Assembly (NCBI GenBank): GCA_032718475.1
Contig: JAUCBJ010007114.1
Span: 1-38,400 of the forward strand
From: Nemertoderma westbladi
Taxonomy: Eukaryota; Animalia; Xenacoelomorpha
DNA: 38,400 bases
Direction of reading: 5' to 3'
The notes below the pieces were generated by a model that did not search any database, had not been told where the DNA came from, and saw only the letters and a program-made list of their open reading frames with translations. The position numbers and the translations under genes are program-made. Shown here piece after piece: positions 30,601-38,400 of this stretch (positions are counted from its first letter, which is position 1; each line of letters opens with the position of its first letter).

Positions 30601-31620
30601 CTTCATATTCCGCGAGTTTCGCAATATCCGCATTCTTTTTATGGATGAGAATCGCTTGGGCCTCGGCATGTTGTTTACGCATTTCTGCCTCCCGTTTACG
30701 TTGTTCGTTCTCCTGTTTGGCCTCTCGTCTACATTGTTCGGCCTCCCGTTTGTGCTGTTCGACCTGTCGTTCAGCCTCTTGTCTATGCTGTTCGGGCTCC
30801 TGTTTGGCCTCTCGTCTACGTTGTTCGGTCTGTCGTTCGGCCTCTTGTCTATACTGTTCAGCCTCCTGTTCGGCCTCTCGTCTACGTTGTTCGGCCTGTC
30901 GTTCGGCCTCTTGTCTATGCTGTTCGGCCTCCTGTTCGGCCTCTCGTCTACGTTGTTCGGCCTCCTGTTCGGCCTCTCATTTCTGCATTTTGGCTGCTAA
31001 TACATCTTGCTCGACTCGCAGTTGAACATACTCATCTTCCATCCGAGCTTTGAGGGCCAATGTCTTCTGCTCTCGTAGCTGATCTCGGAGTGGTTAACCC
31101 CCTTGAGAACTGCGTGCTGAACCGGACCTCTCGTCCTAGCGCTGGAGTGCTGGTTCCTAGAGGACCCCGTTCTCTTTCGATTAATTGCTGTCCTGGTGCT
31201 GGAGGTTCGCACTGATTCTGCGTCTGTTCTTTCAGCTCTCTTATAATATTGTTCCTCGTAGCCTCTCACGAGGCTGAGGGTCCTCCGGTGTTGATTGCGG
31301 AACTCATCTAGATGTACCACATGTTCTTCTAATCTGGGGTAGTTTACCTGATCAGTGGCGGGGATGAGTTCTTAATATGCCTGTATCATCCTCTCATATC
31401 GTTGTAAGATATTTCGAATATTCTGAAGCTGAGTTTGTATCTCGTTGAGGGGGGTTTCGACTCTCCTGAGATGTTTCTCTATACGCTGATACGCTCGAGT
31501 GACTCCGCCTTTGAGAGCGCCTAGTCAACGGGTCATGTTCTTGACGTTCGGTACCTCGTCGGCCTCCGAGTCTGTGTGGGTGTCCATCTCATCGGCGTCG
31601 GAGACGTTGTTCGTCGTCAT
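27632..31620 (-). pseudogene. Second BEL/Pao family (element B) gag-pol with internal deletion and stops
   Basis: Gag from ATG 31620 (..LKGGVTRAY..), FEGDPVDYLGF, CFRCLGTGHYVRDC, CAVCNDLRHHTLLH, protease FFDNGSDG; jumps to the integrase C-terminus (LTPNHLL, WWRIWAQEYL, WPVARV, RPIQRLCLLE). Confidence 0.9.
30690..30980. repeat. 66-bp coding tandem repeat in element B Gag (EAEQEAEQRRREAERQAEQHRQ)
   Basis: About four units containing GGCCTCTCGTCTACGTTGTTCGG. Confidence 0.85.
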
Positions 31621-31808
31621 TCTAGCGCCTCGTTGATAGCTAGATATGCGATGTTGTAAAATAGTTCTTCGTAGCTTTCGTACTCAGCTTGGACTACCCG
31701 AACGGTAATCCTGAATCGTCCGACATTCGTTCCTTGTACTTCAACCTCGACGTGCCAGATTCCTGGCTCAACTTGGATTATGTCGATGGGTGTGATCAAT
31801 ACTTCCAT
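31617..31808 (-). CDS. 63-aa ORF overlapping the element B gag start (ATGA)
   Basis: ATG start, globular-looking beta-rich then helical sequence; its TGA overlaps the gag ATG. Confidence 0.5.
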   Translation of the reverse strand: MEVLITPIDIIQVEPGIWHVEVEVQGTNVGRFRITVRVVQAEYESYEELFYNIAYLAINEALE

Positions 31809-31814
31809 TCCCTG

Positions 31815-32024
31815 TTAACGACTCCCTATATGTAATCTGCCGACTACGAGTTTATTAGATCGAGTTTGTCGATTGATTAAACCACGGCTTTGTCTTAACT
31901 CAAATACCAGAGTTTCCTCGTAGTGGGTGCTGGGTAAGCACAGAGAGAGTTTGAAGAGTATTGTAGGATTCCCAACTTCCACCAGTTGAAGTTGGCCGCG
32001 TCTTATTCTCAATTTTGTTGCCAT
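31815..32024 (-). CDS. 69-aa ORF upstream of element B gag
   Basis: ATG start; stop 6 nt before the next ATG. Confidence 0.4.
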   Translation of the reverse strand: MATKLRIRRGQLQLVEVGNPTILFKLSLCLPSTHYEETLVFELRQSRGLINRQTRSNKLVVGRLHIGSR

Positions 32025-32047
32025 TATTTGCCATTACTTCTTCATCC

Positions 32048-32389
32048 TCATCTCTCAACCAACATTCTAACATCCGATTCTACTGCGCTGTTTGGCTCGC
32101 CTGGTTTTTCTTTTTCCGTGTCTGCGTTTTGAGTTTCTTGTTCTCCTTGGTGTCGTTCAACTTTCTTGATGGCAACGTCAGTGGGTGGAATGGGGACGGG
32201 TACAACATCGTCATGGATGTCTTTAATTACAACATAAGGGTTATATTGGCGCCCTAGGCGGCCTCGCCGATTCATACGGCCTCGTCGTCCGTAATTAGTG
32301 ATAACATTAATTATGGGGTTACGCCCATTTATATTAATTCGATCCATTTTTCTACAGTAGGTATGCTTAATAATCAATTTCGTGCACAC
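32048..32389 (-). CDS. Up to 113-aa ORF with Arg-rich segment upstream of element B gag
   Basis: GRRGRMNRRGRLGR basic patch; ends 23 nt before the next ATG. Confidence 0.35.
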   Translation of the reverse strand: MCTKLIIKHTYCRKMDRININGRNPIINVITNYGRRGRMNRRGRLGRQYNPYVVIKDIHDDVVPVPIPPTDVAIKKVERHQGEQETQNADTEKEKPGEPNSAVESDVRMLVER

Positions 32390-34837
32390 TACTTGTTTGT
32401 TTTTTTAAATAGCGCATTTAGAGGAAAAGGAACAGGTTAATGACGCGGTCATTTCTAAGCAAAACAATAAACGATCACTTTGCCATTTCAGGGAAACCAT
32501 ATGCTGAGACAGTCAGTAGTCACATGGTCTGACACTCAGTAGTCACTCTCGCGTGTCCGTCCCACCCCTCCCGAACCCCGAAAGGATTGGTCATCGGGAA
32601 CCAGTACGGCTTGGCTAGGGGTCCGTCGGTTCATCGCAGAGACCCAACCACCTAGGCTTTCCGAGTCCTTATTCAGGCTTGTAGTCGCTTCGGCAGCCGA
32701 GAAACTGCTCCGAACAGTCGGTAGGCCAGTAGAGTCCAGTTCTTTGTCTTTCGACCCCGTTGCGTGTCCGTCCCACCCTTTCCTCACCCCGAAGGGATCG
32801 GTCACCTGGCCAGGCCATATATCCAATAGTAAAATAATTAAAAAATTTAAATTTCAAAAACTATAAAAAAGATAACTTCCCCTTTATTTTAAAATATATT
32901 TCAAGTGGATTTATAAGTTTAATATATGGGAGAATCAAAGCTAAAAATTACTTATCAACCCACTTAATGATTAATATTATTAAATTTTGGATATGTAGAT
33001 ACAAAATACAAAGGTAGCAGTACCGACAATATATAACAATTTCCCAGGTTGCGAATCAGGATGTGATTGTGAGTTGTCTGCTTAGGCGACTGTGTATTAC
33101 ATTAGACGGCAGTTTGTTTGGTTGATGTAAGTCATTATTGGTTTTCATCCTCCAATCCCATCTGTTTCATGGAGTCTGTGTGATGCATGTTAGTTACGGC
33201 GGCGGCGACAGAATCCATATGCTGAGAGGTCAGCCTCCGGGCCGCTCAGTTTACGTGCGTATACGTTTATTCCAAACACTCAATCGAAGAAATTATCTTT
33301 AGTTTAAAATTATTATTAAAAATATGAAGAAATTATCGGGAGGGGGTGGGCCATCACGCTGTTGAACTACAGAACAATTTATCTACGATTTCTCGCGAAC
33401 TCTTCCAGTTTCTCAAACTCTTACAATTTGCTGTGCGCGATATAGCGCTCTCTAACAGCGGAGCAACTCAGTCAGTCAGTTGTTTACTTCAGTTGTTCTT
33501 CTCACCGGAGCTGATGTTTCCTTTACCAACTTCGATTCTAAGACGCCAAGACCACATTTTTTTGATAGCGAAGTCTTATTCAGGGAACGGCAGGTCGTAG
33601 AAGAATCGTAATCAGATGTCTCGAAACAGTTGAAAAGTTCAGCATTGGGTATGGGTATTCCGAGTGTGTTTCGCCAGAGCGAAAGGCAGATTGTAAGTGA
33701 ATCTCACATTAAAGTAGCGCCAAAAGTGCCTTCATTGATCGCCTGCGCTTCAACATCGACTATGTACTACAGTGGGCCTACTACCAACAAACTGTAAATA
33801 AAAAAATTAATACCAACAACTCAAGCCCATCTGTTGATGTGTGGTAGTGGTAGTAGAGGAGAGGCTACTACTGCTGTACTGCTTTTGGTAGGCCTAACAG
33901 GTTGTTTATTTATTCGAGTTTATTATGACTGTATGAGGTTGCTTGGCAATGAACAATTGGACAGAATGCACAATACAATGCATAACACATAAGGTGTACG
34001 TAGGGCCTACACCTTGATAACACAATACAATGAGTCAACCCACCTTTCCTTAAATGTCTTATACGCCAACCATTTAATAGACGTCTGGTCTTGCCCAATC
34101 AGAGAACAGTAAATAAGCTGCATTTAATTAACCAAATGCTGTTATGTGGTTTGTAGTAAGAAAAATATTGGCTTGGGAAAGGAATTTATTAGCACATAAT
34201 GTAAATATTGTACTTAAATATTATTTGTAACAACTTCATATTGGATTACTAAAAGAAGCCAGGAATTCACAATAACAAGATCCAAAATGTAAAGGCAATA
34301 AGTTCTCTAGACAATAGACAGTTTCAAATATCTACTGGACAATTTATATAACTGTGTCAATAACTAATTATCGTAAAGGTTTTGTGCAGTATTATATTTG
34401 ATATTATTTGTACCGAACACTAACTTGGTTACAAATACAGTACAATATGAAAAATATGAAAATGGGCAATTGGGCTTTAACTTTTACTGTCTTTTTTCAT
34501 ATCAATAACACTATTAGTAATGGTGGGGTCTATAAAACATTAAATGCCCTAAGGAAGGTTGGGGGGGGGGGGGGGGGGGGGGGTGGGCGCAATTCATACT
34601 CATTAATTACAATTTTTCTAATTCTTCATAATATTTTTATAAAAATACATCCCTTAAAATATTACTCTTATTCCACTGTGCCACTGTTTTAGTAGCATTC
34701 TTATACGTAGGCCTTTCGTAGGTCAGGTTGACCTGAATTAATTAGTCTGTTGAATGTGTCAGTTTGTGTTTAACCCCTGTTTTTAGATCCCCCATCACCT
34801 CTGCCAGTAACGTCTTGGCTGTCAGGTTCCTATCTAC

Positions 34838-37055
34838 GCATGGAAATCGATCAATCTGCTTACTGGGCGGAAAAGCCAACCAACCACCAAGGTTAAGGCT
34901 GAATCACCAGCCGATCACCTCAATGGTTGGAAAGCCCACTTTGAAAAGCTCCTCAATAATGACAGGGTATTGCCTGATAACTTTATAGAAGTAAAAGTGT
35001 CTGAGTCTGTACTCCCAGATATTCCCATTGGCGATATCTCCTTTGCAGAAGTGAAGGCTGAAATCAAAAATACAGATGTTACAATTCATATTTAATGAAA
35101 TGTATTTTTCAAAAAACGTCTCAAAAAAAGTGCCAAAAGTAGGGTTAAAAAATGGTGCTATAACTCGAAAAGTACCCAATATTTTTGAAAACGGTTTTCA
35201 CTACTAGGAAGACAATAGATTTTTAGGAAAAGTCATAAAATTTCAGATTCCCAACTGCATTTGTTTCAGAATTATAATAAAAAAACCACGGGGGGGGGGT
35301 CATATTGACCACCCCCCGGGTTTAATAGGGTTAAGGCTGAATCACCAGCCAATCGCCTCAATGGTTGGAAGGCCCACTTCGAAAAGCTCCTCAATAATGA
35401 CAGGGTATTGCCTGATAACTTTATAGAAGTAAAAGTGTCTGAGTCTGTACTCCCAGATATTCCCATTGGCGATATCTCCTTTGCAGAAGTGAAGGCTGCT
35501 GCAAAGAGCATTAAGACCAATCGTGCCAGTGGAGTAGATGGTGTTCCCCCTGAGGTCTTTAAAATACCTGAGTGTTTAAAGCTCATCTATCCCATCATAG
35601 TAGACATGTACCGAACAACAAGAGTCCCACAAGAAATGAAAACAAATAAGTTGGTGCCAGTTCCCAAGAAGGCAACCTAACACTCTATGGTTCTTTTCGG
35701 GGAATCTCATTGATCTTGATTGCTGCAAAGCTATACAATAGGATTCTATTAAATCGCATCAGGGATCCCATTGAGAGACTGCTCCGTGGAAATCAGAATG
35801 GGTTCCGTAAAGGTCGTGGGACCATGGAGCCCATTTTGGCACTTAGAAGGATAATTGAAGAATTATCAAAAAAGAAAGACAGACATCTGTTATCTTTGTT
35901 GACTTCTTCAAGGCCTTTGATTCAGTCTCTCGGTCACGTATGTTCAGCATACTTTCATTATATGGGATTCCTGATGAAATTATTGCAGCAATCAGATCAG
36001 TATACGATGGTTCGACAACATTTGTGTCTACTGTTGACGGTGACACAGAACCATTTGAAGTGTTATGGGGCGTCCTCCAAGGAGACACACTTGCACCATT
36101 CTTGTTCATTATTGTGGCTGACTATGTTCTACGCATGTCCTTAGATCATCATAATGATGATGGGGTGATGATAACTCCACCTACTGGCTCCAGAAGTCGA
36201 GGAAATCCTGCCAAGTACCTAACTGATCTAGACTTTGCTGATGACTTAGGAGTACTCTCAGAATCATTAGAGGGAGCCCAACGGCTCCTCAGCTCATTAG
36301 AACATGCTGCTTCTAGTGTTGGTCTTTTTATTAACTCCAGAAAGACCAAAATTCTGACAGTTAACTTTGAAAGTCCTCAGCAAGTCTCTGATCGGATGAG
36401 CATAAGCTCAAAGGATGGTATGCTTGAGCATGTGGACGACTTCTGTTACCTGGGATCATGGATCCGGAAGTCAGGTGAGGACCTTCGAATACGTAAGGGA
36501 AAGGCATGGGCAGCCTTGAATATGCTTTCCAGGATTTGGAAGTCACCTAGAATTAATCGGAAACTTAAGGTCCGATTATTTAGAGCAGCAGTAGTTCCAG
36601 TACTCCTCTACGGGAGTCCATGCTGGGCTCTAACTGCTGAGGACACCAAATCTCTGGATGGCACATTCGCAAGAATGCTACGCCGGGTTCATTGTGTCAA
36701 GTACAATGCACACATCTCCAACCAGACACTATATAACATTGGAGGTGTCTCATTGGTTCCCCCAAGCTTGACACTAGAACAAAATCGCCTCCGCTTTGCA
36801 GGACATTGCTTTCGCCGTGAGGACCAGCCAGTGCATAATCTTGTACTTTGGCAGCCTCATGGAGTGAATAAGCATGGTGGACAGCCCATGTCTTTCTTGA
36901 GACGCATCTTAAAGGACACTGGCCTTAAAGATGCGGATGATCTAGCAAATGTCATGGGTGATAGGGAGTTGTGGCGGTGCAATTTTGTTGACAAGCCGGC
37001 ACAGCATTCTTAAAAATGCAGCTGCAATGCAGCATGCCGATCCTAGTAGTAGTAG
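34838..37055 (+). mobile_element. 5'-truncated RTE-clade LINE with (TAG)n tail
   Basis: AWKSINLLTGRK..WKAHFEKLLN, QNGFRKGRGT, GVLQGDTLAPFLF, LDFADDL, YLGS, VLLYG, RLRFAGH; short 3' UTR; TSD TCCTATCTAC at 34828-34837 and 37056-37065; one stop and one frameshift in RT. Confidence 0.92.
35061..35334 (-). mobile_element. piggyBac-like terminus nested in the RTE
   Basis: Ends TTTAATAGGG|TTAA; reverse complement of 18419-18690. Confidence 0.75.
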
Positions 37056-37499
37056 TCCTATCTACTAGTGTAAAGTTCGGTGTGTCAGTGAGGAATGACA
37101 AAGTATCCAAACTAAAGTCTCTAACATAGTGTTGTCAGTTTTAAGTTCAGTAAAAGGCGTGAGCAAATGGCAAACTGTAATTGTGGTATTGGTACCACCC
37201 CTGTCCCGTGTCATGCAATTTTGCCATTGGATCAGAGACTCGTCACATGGTACAATCGTCGCCCCCCACATGCAGTCCTATACGTCCTCTGTATAATACC
37301 GTGGTGTCTGTGGCAATGTCATTTGCTCCACAAATTCCAGACCTCGAAAGGCGTGGTTGGAAAGGGATCGAGCAATATTGGATCTGATCTCTAGAACAAG
37401 AGTCTCCGAGTGTTTAACAGCTGTGAAGAGTCCGTGGTGTATTGTGGCTTATAACTTGCCTTGGCTAATGGCGGATAGATCGATGTCGACAGGTCTGCC

Positions 37500-37870
37500 C
37501 CCATCTCTGTCTCACCCAAAACCCCACCCCAGCCCCCACCCTCATGTCTCACCCCCACCTCCCACCCCACACCCTCACGCTCTGCCCCCCACTTACCAAC
37601 CCCACCCATCCACTCTGTTCTAATCTAACCATCAATTAACTCTGTCTATTCTGGTATTCAACCGGCCTCTCTCAACCCCTGTCCCCAACCCCTTGTCCCT
37701 CATGCCCCCCCCCCCCCCCCCCCCGGCCCTCCACCCCCCACCGCCTACCCCCACACCCCATCCCCACCCCACCCCATCCCCACCCCACCCCATCCACCCC
37801 AACCTGGCACCCACACCCCCCACAACCCACCCTCCCCACCCCCCACATACACAGACCCACCCTCCCACAC
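37500..37870. repeat. C-rich low-complexity tract (G-rich on the minus strand)
   Basis: Dense CCCC runs separated by A/T. Confidence 0.85.
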
Positions 37871-38030
37871 ACGGTTTTCTGCGGTAAGTTGTCTGCTATT
37901 TTCATTATTTGATTGTGTGGCCCTTACTTAAAAGAGCCACTCAGAAATAGGAATTACTGTGGACACTAACCACAGCAAGTAGATTGGCCCTTAAAAGGGC
38001 CGTTTGGGTTGTTAGGACTTAATGTGGGTG

Positions 38031-38400
38031 CTACACCACAGCAGGTAGAGCATCCTGGATAGTGGAATACAACTTGCACTGTCCGACATCACTAAGGTGT
38101 ATGCCATCAGAGTGAAGCAATGCTCCTCCCTGCAGCCGATGGCATAGAGCACCTTTCATGGCTATGATGCGGTCGTATTGATTTTACCTCAGCCACGCCG
38201 CTATCCTGCTGTTTGTAGCCACACGCCGCGAATCAAAATCAGGGTCCACAGGTATTCTCTTCAGGCGCATTGACGCGTGACGATTTGTGCCCATAAATCA
38301 GAGGAGGCCTCATTGGATGAATATTCTGTAATCATTGCCTTCAATTTGGTGACAACAAAATCTGTCTCTCTCACACACAGATCGTTGCCTCCAAACATTA
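38031..38400 (-). pseudogene. Second SGNH hydrolase copy (5' part beyond right edge)
   Basis: Not in the ORF track. Manual translation gives MFGGNDLCVRETDFVVTKLKAMITEYSSN...RRVATN...GALCHRLQGGALLHSDGIHLSDVG...AVV*, with one frameshift and one internal stop. Confidence 0.88.

Noticed and set aside
32880-34400. 5' LTR of element B or host exons
   Set aside because: No matching second copy found downstream of element B, and the exon-like stretch near 34010-34120 could not be linked to anything.
34786-34837. CUB-domain-like exon SPITSASNVLAVRFLS
   Set aside because: The reconstructed pre-insertion sequence does not continue as a CUB domain; likely chance.
18415-35334. Single giant piggyBac insertion
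   Set aside because: The right end lies within an RTE whose two TSDs straddle it, the left flank is not RTE sequence, and no transposase is present.
37357-37905. Pro- or Gly-rich ORFs
   Set aside because: Products of the C-rich low-complexity tract.

Overview
AT-rich eukaryotic (most likely invertebrate animal) DNA made almost entirely of nested transposable elements; no prokaryotic genes, rRNA, tRNA or CRISPR. Bases 1-12245 hold a large, apparently young BEL/Pao LTR retrotransposon on the minus strand. It has a candidate 5' LTR (11753-12245), a ~2,800-codon Gag-Pol broken only at homopolymer runs, and a ~36-bp hairpin-core tandem array. At the env position it carries an extra ORF encoding a WRN/EXD-type DEDDy 3'-5' exonuclease which, across a 1-nt frameshift, is fused to three CCHC zinc knuckles. 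This ORF is the most novel-looking feature; it runs off the left edge and no 3' LTR is in the window. The rest of the window holds a CR1/L2-group LINE, a degraded spliced gene, two piggyBac-like TTAA ends, a decayed sister copy of the first BEL, satellites, two SGNH-hydrolase gene copies and a Nin/Deu-type SINE. It also holds a second BEL family with an internal deletion, preceded by closely packed small ORFs and a tetraloop-rich leader, and a 5'-truncated RTE LINE with a 10-bp TSD. All family calls come from motif recognition by eye, not database searches.
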